From a virus, in the IMG/VR virus record IMGVR_UViG_3300024999_000067, positions 22,589 through 86,588 of that record: DNA of 64,000 bases; one strand, written 5' to 3'. Below are positions 10,024-20,177 of the stretch, one piece after another. The notes under the pieces were generated by a model that did no database searches, was not told the origin of the DNA, and saw nothing but the letters and a program-made list of their open reading frames with translations. The first letter of the stretch is position 1, and every line of letters starts with the position of its first letter. The position numbers and the translations under genes are program-made.

Positions 10024-10533
10024 ATGGCAGATCGAATGAATGATTTTCGGATTGATAAACTCAATCTGGATATGGAATGTATTCGTCAAGCGGAACTGTA
10101 TAAGGAATACAGTGACAACTTGGCTTCCGCAGTTTTTAATAAAGATAAATGCAAGGAGGAATTGGCAGTATTAAAAGCGGAAGTGGATTCTGAAATAAGG
10201 GCGGACCCTTCTGAGTATGGGTTTGAATCTGTACGTCCAACTGAGACCGCAATAATCAATGCAGTGATTCAAGATTCCAGAGTTGTAAAGAAAACAGAAG
10301 AATACCTGGAATCCTGTTATCAGGTAAATGTACTTGAAGGAAGTAAGTGGGCAATGGAGCAAAAGAAAACTGCTCTGGAACTCATTGTTAAATTATATGT
10401 TTCCGGTTACTGGGCTGACCCACATGTCAGTAAGACTGATGGTGAACAGTTCGAGAAACAAGTAGTGGATGAAGAAAGTGTTAAAGAATTGGAATCTAAT
10501 CCAAGAATGAAAAGGAGGCAGAAGAATGGCTAA
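10024..10533 (+). CDS. UvsY-like recombination mediator (coiled coil)
   Basis: Helical protein with TETAI..AV motif, directly upstream of SSB and RecA. Confidence 0.55.
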   Translation: MADRMNDFRIDKLNLDMECIRQAELYKEYSDNLASAVFNKDKCKEELAVLKAEVDSEIRADPSEYGFESVRPTETAIINAVIQDSRVVKKTEEYLESCYQVNVLEGSKWAMEQKKTALELIVKLYVSGYWADPHVSKTDGEQFEKQVVDEESVKELESNPRMKRRQKNG

Positions 10534-11488
10534 AGTATCCAAATTCCGTAGTCAGGAAGGGTACCACGAGGAATTGAAGAACAGAACAGATGAAACTGTT
10601 GGTGGAAATTATATCACCATTTTCGTCAAAGATACTGATCTGAATTTCTGGAAGGATAAAGAAGGGGATCACGCACTGGATGTTATTCCCTGGATATCGT
10701 CAGAGAACCACCCGAACTATCCGAAAGGTAAACCTGTATACAAGGTTGAGATTTGGGTACATAAGCGTGTAGGGCCAGAGAAAGGGGATTACATCTGTCT
10801 GAGAAATTATGGTGAAGATTGTCCTCTCTGTGATGCAAAATCAGAAGAGATGGCAAAGGATAATCCCAGGAAGAAAGTAGTTGAAGCACTGAAGGGTAGC
10901 CAGCGATGTCTGTATAATGTAGTTGTTTACACCGATAATCAGGAACAGAATGGTGTTCAGATTTGGGAAGCCAGTTCTTACCTTGCAGAAGGCCCGTTCA
11001 AAGAGACTGCAAAGAATAAGCGTACTGGTGAAAGGATTCCCTATTCTGATCCTGACCGTGGTAAGACTATTACCTTTACCATTGCTGGTAAGAGCAAAGG
11101 CAAGAAGTTGACTGGTATTGTATTTGAGGATCGACCAGCACCAATTGAGGACGACATTCTTGACCAGGCATATACCATTGAGGATTATCTGGTTAAACCC
11201 GAAGTGGAAGATCTGAAGCTTATTGCAAAGGCCGTTCTTTCTGGTGTATCCGATGATGACGATGAACCAGAATTACCTGTTCGTGGTCGTCGTAGAGGGG
11301 AAGATTCTGAGAAAGAAGAACCCGAAACACGTAAGGAAAGAGAAACTTCCAGACAGGAAGAGGAACCACCCCCACGTAGAGGTCGCAGAACTGAAGAAGA
11401 ATCTGGTGGGTTGAACGAAGAACCAGAACAAAAGAAAGAAGAGGAACCAGAACCTCCCCCGACCAGACGTTTACGAAGAAGGGATTAA
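10526..11488 (+). CDS. Single-stranded DNA-binding protein (gp32-like)
   Basis: H...C.....CPLC zinc motif, DPDRG motif, long acidic/low-complexity tail. Confidence 0.65.
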   Translation: MAKVSKFRSQEGYHEELKNRTDETVGGNYITIFVKDTDLNFWKDKEGDHALDVIPWISSENHPNYPKGKPVYKVEIWVHKRVGPEKGDYICLRNYGEDCPLCDAKSEEMAKDNPRKKVVEALKGSQRCLYNVVVYTDNQEQNGVQIWEASSYLAEGPFKETAKNKRTGERIPYSDPDRGKTITFTIAGKSKGKKLTGIVFEDRPAPIEDDILDQAYTIEDYLVKPEVEDLKLIAKAVLSGVSDDDDEPELPVRGRRRGEDSEKEEPETRKERETSRQEEEPPPRRGRRTEEESGGLNEEPEQKKEEEPEPPPTRRLRRRD

Positions 11489-11491
11489 ACA

Positions 11492-12559
11492 ATGGCTACA
11501 CTAAAGAGAAAAGAAGTTTCTATTACTGCGGAAGAGTATTCTGATGCAGTTTCAGAACGGGAAGAAGAAAAAATCCCAATAGATACTTCTATCCTTGTCT
11601 CTACTGGTGTCACCCTCCTTGACCTTGCCATTTCTGGTGGCAGGGTCAAGGGTGGGGGTATGCCTGGTGGCATTATGGTAGAATTGTTTGGGGGATCAGG
11701 TTCTGGTAAGACTGCAATTCTTACAGAAATTGGAGCATCGGTACAAGCAAAAGGTGGTGAGGTTCATATCTGTGATCCTGAAGCAAGACTTGATCGGGAG
11801 TACACAAGAATAACTGGACTGGAACTGCCAAGAGACCATTACTATCGTCCTAATACAGTAGGGGATAGGAAAGATGCAAAAGGGAAAGTAACGGAATTAG
11901 GACTGGAAGGTATTATAATGGGGTGGGAACCCAAAAACCCAGATGTAATAAACCTTCTCGGTGCTGATTCTATTGCTGCTCTGTCTACTGCAATGGAGAT
12001 GGATGATGGTGATAAACGTGGGCAACGTAAGGCGAAAGAATTATCGGAACTGTGCCGTAAAACTGCAAGGATAATTGCCCATGAACATAAGCTGGTAGTG
12101 TTTACTAACCAGATAAGGGATGGGGAATTTGGTGTTACTACTCCTGGTGGACATGCTGTACCGTTTCATTCCTCTTTGCGAGTTGCCTGTAACCAAAAGG
12201 AAGTAATTAGAAAAGTAAAGAAGAATGAACATGGTGTAGAAATTAAAAAGGATGTTGGTATTATTTCCAATCTGTTTGTAAAAAAGAGTTCCATTGACGA
12301 TCCGTTCAGAACAGTACCTATGTACTTGATGTTTGGTATTGGAATAGATGATGTGCGTGGCAATCTTCAGTATTACAAGGACATGACCAAAGGAACCGTA
12401 TACGATTGTGTTGATAAAACCTATACTTCCTTGGACAAAGCCGTAGAATACATTGAAGAAAATGATCTTGAAGCAGAGTTACGAGAAATGGTAATTGATG
12501 TGTGGGAGAGCAATGAGGCTCTATTTAAAGTAAACCGTAAAAAGAAAAGGAGATTTTAA
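11492..12559 (+). CDS. recA: RecA/UvsX-like recombinase
   Basis: STG...LD.A, GGSGSGKT, DSIAAL, FTNQIR, TPGG..FHSSLR motifs. Confidence 0.92.
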   Translation: MATLKRKEVSITAEEYSDAVSEREEEKIPIDTSILVSTGVTLLDLAISGGRVKGGGMPGGIMVELFGGSGSGKTAILTEIGASVQAKGGEVHICDPEARLDREYTRITGLELPRDHYYRPNTVGDRKDAKGKVTELGLEGIIMGWEPKNPDVINLLGADSIAALSTAMEMDDGDKRGQRKAKELSELCRKTARIIAHEHKLVVFTNQIRDGEFGVTTPGGHAVPFHSSLRVACNQKEVIRKVKKNEHGVEIKKDVGIISNLFVKKSSIDDPFRTVPMYLMFGIGIDDVRGNLQYYKDMTKGTVYDCVDKTYTSLDKAVEYIEENDLEAELREMVIDVWESNEALFKVNRKKKRRF

Positions 12560-12560
12560 A

Positions 12561-12731
12561 ATGGACTTATTTGCAGAAATAAAGAAAAAATTGGAAGAAA
12601 AGTGTAATGAACTGTTGGCAGAATTGAATGGTCGGCAGAGTAAAGCCGCATACAAGAGAGCGAGAAAGTTGACCTCGGAAATTACTGTAATCGGTAAACA
12701 ATACCGAAAGTTGTCTACTTCAGAAGAGTAA
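12561..12731 (+). CDS. Small basic histone H1-like (Hc1-type) protein
   Basis: 56 aa read from sequence, SKAAYKRARKLTSEI...KQYRKLS; GGAG SD. Confidence 0.6.
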   Translation: MDLFAEIKKKLEEKCNELLAELNGRQSKAAYKRARKLTSEITVIGKQYRKLSTSEE

Positions 12732-12739
12732 TATAAAGT

Positions 12740-12849
12740 TTATGGTTGTGGCGGAATAGGTAGACGCTATGGTGCTTCCCAAGGGAGGGAACAATGAGCC
12801 AATATAAGGACACTCCTAAATGTAAGGTGCAAATCCTTACCAACCATAA
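12740..12849 (+). ncRNA. tRNA-like RNA with non-canonical anticodon domain
   Basis: Acceptor-like TTATGGTTG/CAACCATAA; Leu-like D arm GCGGAATAGGTAGACGC; T arm GTAAGG-TGCAAAT-CCTTAC; ~55 nt central insert. Confidence 0.6.
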
Positions 12850-12866
12850 TATAAGGAGGATTAACT

Positions 12867-13070
12867 ATGGAACTATCTGTGGTAGAAGAACCTTTTTCAA
12901 TGACCAAAATATACACTATAAAGTTTAATTCTATGGAATTTTCGGAAGCCATGTTTAATCTTTCCGATATGGATCGTGCCGTTATACAAGACTGTGATAA
13001 ACCCGATGCAACTATAGCCGATAAATTACTCGCCCTTGAAATCATAGCGAGAAGGATTGAGCGGAAATGA
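12867..13070 (+). CDS. Hypothetical protein
   Basis: Strong AGGAGG SD; overlaps next start. Confidence 0.6.
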   Translation: MELSVVEEPFSMTKIYTIKFNSMEFSEAMFNLSDMDRAVIQDCDKPDATIADKLLALEIIARRIERK

Positions 13071-13942
13071 AATATAAACGACTGGTAATCGATTGTTCAA
13101 GTCTCTGCTATGCTGATGCCTATTCCTTGAAAGGATTGAGGACCAGTGAGATAGAGACAAGCGTTATCTTTGGTTTTTTAAATCAGATACTTTCCCTCTC
13201 AGAGAGATTCAAAACCAATAGATTTGTATTTTGTTGGGACAGTAAAGGATCAAAACGGGAAGAATTATTTCCAGAGTATAAGTTAAAGCGTAGACAGAAA
13301 AAGAAAGATAGTACGGAAGATGAAAGGGCTTTTTACCAGTCCATGATACAGCAAATTATTAAACTTCAACAGGAAATTATTCCATCTATAGGATTCAGAA
13401 ATTCTTTTTCAGTTGACGGATTAGAGGCTGATGATATAATGGCTGATATAGTTATTGGTTATGAAGATTGTGTAATGGTTACAGATGATGAAGATTTATT
13501 CCAGATGTTAGAGTACGCCGATTTGTATAAACCAAGAACAGAAGTTCTTTGGACACCAGAGAAATTTAATAAAGAATATGGTATACCTGTTAAACAATGG
13601 GTAGATGTAAAAAGTATCGGTGGATGTACTTCCGATGAAGTGCCAGGAATACAAGGGGTAAGGGAAACAACTGCTATTAAATGGTTACTTGGTACTTTAA
13701 AGCCTACCCATAAAACGTATCAGGCTATTCTTGCTGGTAAAGATATTATTGAAAGAAATCGGCAACTGGTTAAACTTCCCTTTCCTGGTACACCAGAATT
13801 TGAACTGAAGAAAGATGAATTCAGTATGGGTAACCTGATGAAAGTTGCCGATGAATATTGGATTGATTCCTATAAGACCAAAATTGGAATGCAACGGTGG
13901 GAAAATTTCTTTAACAGGGGGCGGATATGTTCTCTTACGTAG
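13067..13942 (+). CDS. 5'-3' exonuclease / flap endonuclease
   Basis: LVID, FPEYK..R, GLEADDIMA, DEDLFQ, SDEVPGIQGV motifs. Confidence 0.9.
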   Translation: MKYKRLVIDCSSLCYADAYSLKGLRTSEIETSVIFGFLNQILSLSERFKTNRFVFCWDSKGSKREELFPEYKLKRRQKKKDSTEDERAFYQSMIQQIIKLQQEIIPSIGFRNSFSVDGLEADDIMADIVIGYEDCVMVTDDEDLFQMLEYADLYKPRTEVLWTPEKFNKEYGIPVKQWVDVKSIGGCTSDEVPGIQGVRETTAIKWLLGTLKPTHKTYQAILAGKDIIERNRQLVKLPFPGTPEFELKKDEFSMGNLMKVADEYWIDSYKTKIGMQRWENFFNRGRICSLT

Positions 13943-14110
13943 TGGCTGATCCCAATCTGAATGACGAATACGGTAACCCCAGTAAAGAAGCTGGAATATA
14001 CATGGATGCCGAAGGAAAGATGTATGCTATGTGTAATACAAAATTGGCACAGAGAGTAATAGACGGATACTTTGGAATGTTTCAAGTTAAACTGGAGGCA
14101 ATAGATAAGG

Positions 14111-14494
14111 ATGAGTGGGAAAAAGCGGATCACCGTTTCGTCAGCAAAGGCGAAGGGGAGAAGATTACAGCAACTGGTGGCACAGAAAGTATCTGATTTA
14201 CTGGGAATTCCTCATGGTAAGGATGAACTTATCCAGTCCAGAGAAATGGGACAGTCTGGTACTGATGTTAAACTGATAGGGGAAGCAAAGGAAAGGTTTC
14301 GGTTTTCCATAGAGTGCAAAGCGCAGGAGTCTTGGTCAATACATGACTGGATAGACCAGGCTAAAGGTAACAAGATTACTGGTACTGATTGGCTTCTTGT
14401 TGCCAAAAGATCAGGAAGTGAACCAGTAGCTGTTATGGATTTAGATACCTTTTTCCGATTGTTGAAAGCAAGACCAACTTTGAAAAGGAAATAA
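14111..14494 (+). CDS. Holliday junction resolvase (PD-(D/E)XK)
   Basis: KAKGR.LQ, G.DV, SIECKAQE. Confidence 0.8.
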   Translation: MSGKKRITVSSAKAKGRRLQQLVAQKVSDLLGIPHGKDELIQSREMGQSGTDVKLIGEAKERFRFSIECKAQESWSIHDWIDQAKGNKITGTDWLLVAKRSGSEPVAVMDLDTFFRLLKARPTLKRK

Positions 14495-14496
14495 CT

Positions 14497-15903
14497 ATGA
14501 GTTTAAAAACGGTACTGGAGCAGTTAACCATAATTGAAAACATAACATCTACCAATGATAAAGTAGCTAAACTTGCAGAATTTCTGGAAGATCCAACATT
14601 CCGTAAAGTAATTCAGTATGCCTATAATCAGGGATGGGCGTACAATCTGAAAGAAGTTAATTTCGTGGAAGAGAGTACCGCTACCGATATAAGCAACATT
14701 TTCGATTACCTTGACTTCCTGAAACAGAAAGGTGGTGCAACCAATGTTGAGAAAGCAAAGTTTAATTGGATATGTTCCATAGATAAAGAGACTATTGAAG
14801 TTGTTTCCAGGATATGTAAGAAAGATTTGCGGGCAGGGTTCTCTTTCAAAACTATTAACAAAGCGAAGAGAGGGATAGTGGAAGAAGTTCCATACCAGAG
14901 ATGTTCCACAGAAGATGAAATACATAGAGTATGTTATCCAGCTATTGTACAGAAGAAAGCAGACGGAATGTTTGCTTATGGATTTCCGTGGAAAGATGAT
15001 GAAATATTCACTACAAGATATGGTAATACATTCCATTTATTTGGTTACCTGAAAGAAGAACTTCTTGAACTGCTTAACGGTGAAAAGTTTGTTACTGTTG
15101 GTGAAATGGTAGTTATAGATGAAAATGGAAAAGTGCTTGATAGAAAGACTGGTAATGGTTTCCTCAACTCTTTTGTACAAGGTTGTGGCTCAGAAGAGAT
15201 AGCAGAACGAGTGGTTTACGTTCTATGGGGATTGATTCCATTTGAACATTACGAGAAACGATTCAGCCCTATACCATATTCACAGGGTTTTCCTAAGCTA
15301 TGTGGTATGGTAGATAAATTTCTCAACAAGAATTATCCTGCTGGTGGATTAGGACCGATAGAAGTTATTCCATATGAGATAGTGCATAGTGTAGACGAAG
15401 CCAGAGCATTCTACAAAAAGATGCGGGATAATGGATTTGAAGGGGCTGTACTGAAAGACCTCGGTGAAATATGGAAACCTACCACCAGTAGAAAGTTCAT
15501 CAAGATGAAGAACCGGGCTTTTGCTGAATTCAGGATCGTTAAAGCATTACCAGGAACCAAGGGAAAGCAGTACGAACATTGTCTTGGTGCTTTGATAGTG
15601 CGAACAGAAGACGGTGGTATTGTTACTGAGATAGGGAAAGGGTTCAGCAAAGAGGAACGGGAACGTGGTATTGAATGGTGGGATTCCCACTTTGATGATA
15701 TTGTTACCTGTTCTTTTGAATCAGTAATTACGGATAAAACCAATAGGGAAACAAAGAAATTGTTTCTGGAATCATTTGAGGAAACAAGATTCAATGAGAA
15801 ATGGGAGGCCGATACCACTGAGTATTGTGAAAAACAATGCAAACCGAAGAAAGAAGTGAAAGAGGAACCGAAGAAACTGAAAGTAAAATCGCTACTAATA
15901 TAA
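14497..15903 (+). CDS. ATP-dependent DNA ligase
   Basis: KADG adenylation motif, GE, EGAVLK, KMK, OB-fold C-terminus. Confidence 0.88.
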   Translation: MSLKTVLEQLTIIENITSTNDKVAKLAEFLEDPTFRKVIQYAYNQGWAYNLKEVNFVEESTATDISNIFDYLDFLKQKGGATNVEKAKFNWICSIDKETIEVVSRICKKDLRAGFSFKTINKAKRGIVEEVPYQRCSTEDEIHRVCYPAIVQKKADGMFAYGFPWKDDEIFTTRYGNTFHLFGYLKEELLELLNGEKFVTVGEMVVIDENGKVLDRKTGNGFLNSFVQGCGSEEIAERVVYVLWGLIPFEHYEKRFSPIPYSQGFPKLCGMVDKFLNKNYPAGGLGPIEVIPYEIVHSVDEARAFYKKMRDNGFEGAVLKDLGEIWKPTTSRKFIKMKNRAFAEFRIVKALPGTKGKQYEHCLGALIVRTEDGGIVTEIGKGFSKEERERGIEWWDSHFDDIVTCSFESVITDKTNRETKKLFLESFEETRFNEKWEADTTEYCEKQCKPKKEVKEEPKKLKVKSLLI

Positions 15904-16116
15904 GACCATATTTTGCAATTGTACAAAGTAAGAACCACCAGGGCATGCTTAATGCAATGGCAGAGGCTGCCAGAAAAACTTCATATAGTTTATTAGATTT
16001 TAAAGGAGCCATGGCTGCTATAAATTCACTTGGAATTAGTTTTATAGCAGCCAACAAAGCTTTAAGAGAGGCATTAGAATCATTCGGTAAGTTTAAAACT
16101 AACGGGAGAATTAAAA

Positions 16117-16812
16117 ATGGAAGAATTTATTTTAAAAGGCGGGTACGTTACAAAAGATAGACGGTTAGATAGAATCCCCGAGTTTGATGAAAGAAGCAAA
16201 ATGTATCGGGTAACTGCTCTGACAACAGAACGGCAACCCATAAATAAGATTCATTTATGTACTTCTGTTTTAGACCAAGGAGTGGAAGGGGCATGTGTGG
16301 GTTTTGGTTTAAGTCATGCATTATTGGCTGAACCATTCCAGATGAAGAAACAACTTATAACCCCTAAATTTGCCAGAGAAAAGATTTACTGGCCAGCACA
16401 GCACGACGATCCGTGGCCAGGTGGCTCATATCCTGGAGCAGATCCGTACTATGAAGGAACATCGGTACTGTCAGGGGTAAAGGTTCTCCATAAAGAGAAA
16501 TTGATTAAAGGATACCACTTTGCATTCAGTTTCACTGATCTGGTTATTGGTGTATGCTACAAAGGCCCACCAGTAATAGGGATAAAATGGTTTGAGGGTA
16601 TGCAAACACCTGACAAGAATGGTTTTGTTTTCCCTACAGGCAGATTGGTAGGTGGTCATTGTTTAATTATCTCTGGCATTAACTGGTTTGAAGAATACTT
16701 TCTGCTGCATAATTCCTGGGGAAAGAAGTGGGGAATATTTGGCCAGTGTAAAGTCCGTTTTGTTGACATGGCAAAGTTGATGGTAGGTGGTGAATTTATC
16801 TTCTTAACATAA
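16117..16812 (+). CDS. Papain-like (C1 family) cysteine peptidase
   Basis: DQGVEGACVGF (Gln/Cys), GGHC (His), HNSWG..WG (Asn). Confidence 0.85.
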   Translation: MEEFILKGGYVTKDRRLDRIPEFDERSKMYRVTALTTERQPINKIHLCTSVLDQGVEGACVGFGLSHALLAEPFQMKKQLITPKFAREKIYWPAQHDDPWPGGSYPGADPYYEGTSVLSGVKVLHKEKLIKGYHFAFSFTDLVIGVCYKGPPVIGIKWFEGMQTPDKNGFVFPTGRLVGGHCLIISGINWFEEYFLLHNSWGKKWGIFGQCKVRFVDMAKLMVGGEFIFLT

Positions 16813-16823
16813 TGGTGGTGTAA

Positions 16824-17093
16824 ATGAATCAGCATGAACCAGAACCAATAAAAAACAATCTCCCTGCTGTATGGGATTTGGTTAAGAAAGACATTGAAGA
16901 AAGAGATTCAATTGGTGAGAAAAAATATGGAACAAGACTGCAACCTTTCAATGGTAGGGATGTTCTAGTAGATGCCTATCAGGAAGCATTGGATCTTGTT
17001 GTATATTTACGGCAAGCAATATATGAGCGGGATAATCGTGTTGTAAATGTTGATACTAAAACTGGTAAAATAGTTGATACAATAAAACTGTAA
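16824..17093 (+). CDS. MazG-like/all-alpha NTP pyrophosphatase-like protein
   Basis: G.KKYGT.L....GRD.L.DAYQEALDL.VY motif. Confidence 0.5.
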   Translation: MNQHEPEPIKNNLPAVWDLVKKDIEERDSIGEKKYGTRLQPFNGRDVLVDAYQEALDLVVYLRQAIYERDNRVVNVDTKTGKIVDTIKL

Positions 17094-17110
17094 AAACCGA
17101 AAGGAATACT

Positions 17111-17659
17111 ATGATTGACTTGAAACAAAAAGAACTGGCTGAGTGGCAAAATAGAAATTTTCCACGATCCCGATATGAAGAGATGACCAAGGATCAGTTG
17201 ATAGATATGATTCTTGCTATGCAGTTCTCTCTTGGTATGGCTGAGGAAGTTGGTGAAGTAGCCCACCATATACTGAAAGGAGTACAAGGAATCAGAAACG
17301 GTGTAAATGGTTTTGATGTAAACCAAATAGCTGATGGGGTAGTTGATTCCGGTGTTTTCGGACAACAGCTTCTATCCTTATTCGATATAGATTCTGAGAA
17401 AGAAACGGAAAAGGTTATTGATACTGTTCTGCAACGTGATTGGTTAAATAATCCATCTGGTTCCAATCTTAAAGAAGGAGCGGTACAACTTCACAATGTA
17501 CCAATTACAGAATCAGTTCCTAAACCATCTTTATATGAGACTGTAAAAAAGAATGTCCATAATAATTCAATCTATTTTGAAGGCAATATGCCTATTCCAG
17601 TTATTACTTGGATTAAGGCATTAGCTGATGAAATAGAAATGAGAATGGAGGGAAGGTAA
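17111..17659 (+). CDS. MazG-like nucleotide pyrophosphohydrolase
   Basis: EWQ.RNF, GMAEEVGEVAH, IADGVVD motifs. Confidence 0.7.
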   Translation: MIDLKQKELAEWQNRNFPRSRYEEMTKDQLIDMILAMQFSLGMAEEVGEVAHHILKGVQGIRNGVNGFDVNQIADGVVDSGVFGQQLLSLFDIDSEKETEKVIDTVLQRDWLNNPSGSNLKEGAVQLHNVPITESVPKPSLYETVKKNVHNNSIYFEGNMPIPVITWIKALADEIEMRMEGR

Positions 17660-17949
17660 TGGAGAAACCAAAATACCCAGCTATTTGTATAGCTCACACA
17701 CCATCAGGACCAACCTATTGCTGTGCAAAACATGCTAAGAAGATAGTGGCTTTGTTCAACTTTATGGGAGCCCATGTTCATATTGAAACCATATCCGATA
17801 ATGTGGAATGCCAGAACTGTTTGAATGAAGCCGCAAAGTCAGGACCACCTGAAGAACACACTTGTACTTGTGATATGAGAACTAAACTGGTAGGGGATGG
17901 TTGTTCTGTATGCAATCCAGAATACTATAAGGCTACGTTAGAGGAATAA
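17659..17949 (+). CDS. Small Cys-rich hypothetical protein
   Basis: Several CxxC/CxC motifs; coupled to upstream stop. Confidence 0.5.
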   Translation: MEKPKYPAICIAHTPSGPTYCCAKHAKKIVALFNFMGAHVHIETISDNVECQNCLNEAAKSGPPEEHTCTCDMRTKLVGDGCSVCNPEYYKATLEE

Positions 17950-17950
17950 A

Positions 17951-18214
17951 ATGGAAAAACAAATATGGAAGTATGTTTTAGAACCAGAAACTACAATTGC
18001 AATGCCACTTGGAGCAGAAATTCTTACTGTTCAATCACAACATGGACTCTCTTGTCTATGGGCACTTGTTGATCCATCTGCAAATAAAGTATTAAGGAAA
18101 TTCCGAGTTTATGGTACTGGTCATCCTATTACTGAGAAAAATGGAAAGTATATTGGTACATTTCAGTTGCATGAGGGTTATCTGGTATTCCATGTATTTG
18201 AATATCCTATGTAG
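17951..18214 (+). CDS. Conserved phage hypothetical protein
   Basis: IWKY.L...GTGH....YIGT....VFHVFE pattern common in phages. Confidence 0.6.
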   Translation: MEKQIWKYVLEPETTIAMPLGAEILTVQSQHGLSCLWALVDPSANKVLRKFRVYGTGHPITEKNGKYIGTFQLHEGYLVFHVFEYPM

Positions 18215-18222
18215 AGGAAAAC

Positions 18223-19290
18223 ATGATAAACTATATTGAAGGAGCAGACTGGGAGGGGTTCCCATATTTTTGTATGGATTTTGCTAAAGGGGTTAATGTC
18301 ATAATTGGTAAATCTCATTACGGCAAAAGTTCCCTTGTCCGGTCTATAAACTGGGTATTGGAAAACAGACCACAGGGAACTTCTTACTTCCCTCATGGTA
18401 AAAAGAAACCAAGTACAGAAGTATCCATTGATTTTGATGATGGTGGATACATAAACCGTTTAAGAAGTAATACCAATAACTACTATGAAGCTTCTGGTGA
18501 AGAGGAACCATTTTCAGCTTTACGAACAGGAGTACCAGAACAGATAACAAAACTGTCCAATATGACCGGAATTAATATCCAGTTACAGAAAGATGTTAAT
18601 TTCTTTCTTGCAGAGCATTGGACACCAGGAAAACGGTCAAAGTTTCTGAACAACATTGTTCATCTGGAAGAAATGGATGTAGCTACAGAGATTATTAATT
18701 CCACTATAACCGAGATGAATTCTAGTTACAATTCAAAAACGGCTGAATTGAAATTGGAAAAAGAAAAGTTTCAAGAACTAGAATGGGTAGACAAAGCGTT
18801 AGAATTTCTGGATAAAATATCTGAACTGGAAAGTAAGATTACAAATAATAGGGGCAAAAGTTTAAGTATTGGTTTTATTAGAGAGGCCATTTTAATACTA
18901 GAACACCAGATTGCAGAATTACCAGATATGACTGCTTTGCCGTTTGCTGAAGCAATACTGGTGTTCGATGAAAATCTTTGCAGGAAAGAGGATCAGGAAG
19001 AGAATATTAAAAAATTAGCGGGAGACCTTCGGGACTTGAAAGTCAGGGCAAAGGGAATCAGTATACCTCCCCCTACTGAATTGAAGAAATTAGAGGTATT
19101 CTCCGCTATTATTGAAAGCAGGAAAGCATCTGTAAAGCTATTGCAATCGATAAAAGCAGACTTGCAGGTACAGAAAGATATGGAAGATAAAGCCATTAAG
19201 ATAGTGAATGGTAAAGAAAAGGAACTGAATACACTGTTACAGTCAATCGGTATATGTCCATTGTGTAATGGAAAAGGAAAATGGATATGA
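18223..19290 (+). CDS. Rad50/SbcC N-terminal half (Walker A, coiled coil, zinc hook)
   Basis: GVNVIIGKSHYGKSS Walker A; C-terminal CPLC. Confidence 0.8.
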   Translation: MINYIEGADWEGFPYFCMDFAKGVNVIIGKSHYGKSSLVRSINWVLENRPQGTSYFPHGKKKPSTEVSIDFDDGGYINRLRSNTNNYYEASGEEEPFSALRTGVPEQITKLSNMTGINIQLQKDVNFFLAEHWTPGKRSKFLNNIVHLEEMDVATEIINSTITEMNSSYNSKTAELKLEKEKFQELEWVDKALEFLDKISELESKITNNRGKSLSIGFIREAILILEHQIAELPDMTALPFAEAILVFDENLCRKEDQEENIKKLAGDLRDLKVRAKGISIPPPTELKKLEVFSAIIESRKASVKLLQSIKADLQVQKDMEDKAIKIVNGKEKELNTLLQSIGICPLCNGKGKWI

Positions 19291-20177
19291 GAATTATTGC
19301 AACTGGTGATTGGCACATACGTGGTAAAGGACCACGTATCAGGAAAGATGATTATGCCGAAGTACAGTTTAACAAAATTAAATGGATCCGTAATTTAGCG
19401 AATGAACTAGATGCCACCATTATTTTGGCAGGGGATGTATTTGATAAACCGTATTGTTCCCTGTATTGGTTAAATCGCTATATCTTTTTGCTGAAAACAG
19501 TAGAGAATGGGGTAGGTGGTATATTTGGTCAGCATGATATCTTTTACCATAACCCTGTACTGGATAAAACACCATATAATACTTTGTTGGCAGCAGGAGC
19601 AATAAGAGAATCCAATTACTTTGATTATGAATGGGAAGATGTATCGTTTGGACAAGAGCCACGTAACTTAGAAGGATCAGACTGTTTGCTAATCCATTTT
19701 CCGGTAACATTTAAAGAACCGCCTTTCTTTATGCCCGATGCTTTGTCAGCTAAACAGTTTATGAATAAGTATCCCCAGTACAAACTCATAGTTTCTGGTG
19801 ACTACCACGATCACCATATTACCAAGTACAAAGATCGGTTACTGATTAATCCTGGACCGATAATGAGAAGTGCCAAAGATAAAATGAACTATAAACCCAG
19901 TGTAACCTTTGTTGATACAGATACACTGGAATACAAAGTTTATTACATTCCCATAGAAGAAGATGTATTTGATCTGGATAAGATTGATAAAGACGATATG
20001 TCCTCTTACAAACAGGACGTTAAGGAATTGGCACAAAGCATCAAGTTCCAAACACAGGGTAAGGAATACGAGGAAGTTCTCCAGATAGTTATAGAAGAAG
20101 CAAAAGCGGATAAGGTAACCAGAAAGATTATATCAGACATAATGGAGAAAGTACATGAACGACTTGGAACGAATTGA
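19281..20177 (+). CDS. sbcD: Mre11/SbcD metallophosphoesterase nuclease
   Basis: GDWH, AGDVFD, GQHD, GDYH, NPG motifs. Confidence 0.88.
   Translation: MDMRIIATGDWHIRGKGPRIRKDDYAEVQFNKIKWIRNLANELDATIILAGDVFDKPYCSLYWLNRYIFLLKTVENGVGGIFGQHDIFYHNPVLDKTPYNTLLAAGAIRESNYFDYEWEDVSFGQEPRNLEGSDCLLIHFPVTFKEPPFFMPDALSAKQFMNKYPQYKLIVSGDYHDHHITKYKDRLLINPGPIMRSAKDKMNYKPSVTFVDTDTLEYKVYYIPIEEDVFDLDKIDKDDMSSYKQDVKELAQSIKFQTQGKEYEEVLQIVIEEAKADKVTRKIISDIMEKVHERLGTN

Noticed and set aside
12740-12849. Canonical tRNA-Leu or tRNA-Sec
   Set aside because: No proper anticodon stem-loop and T loop lacks TTC; reported as tRNA-like only
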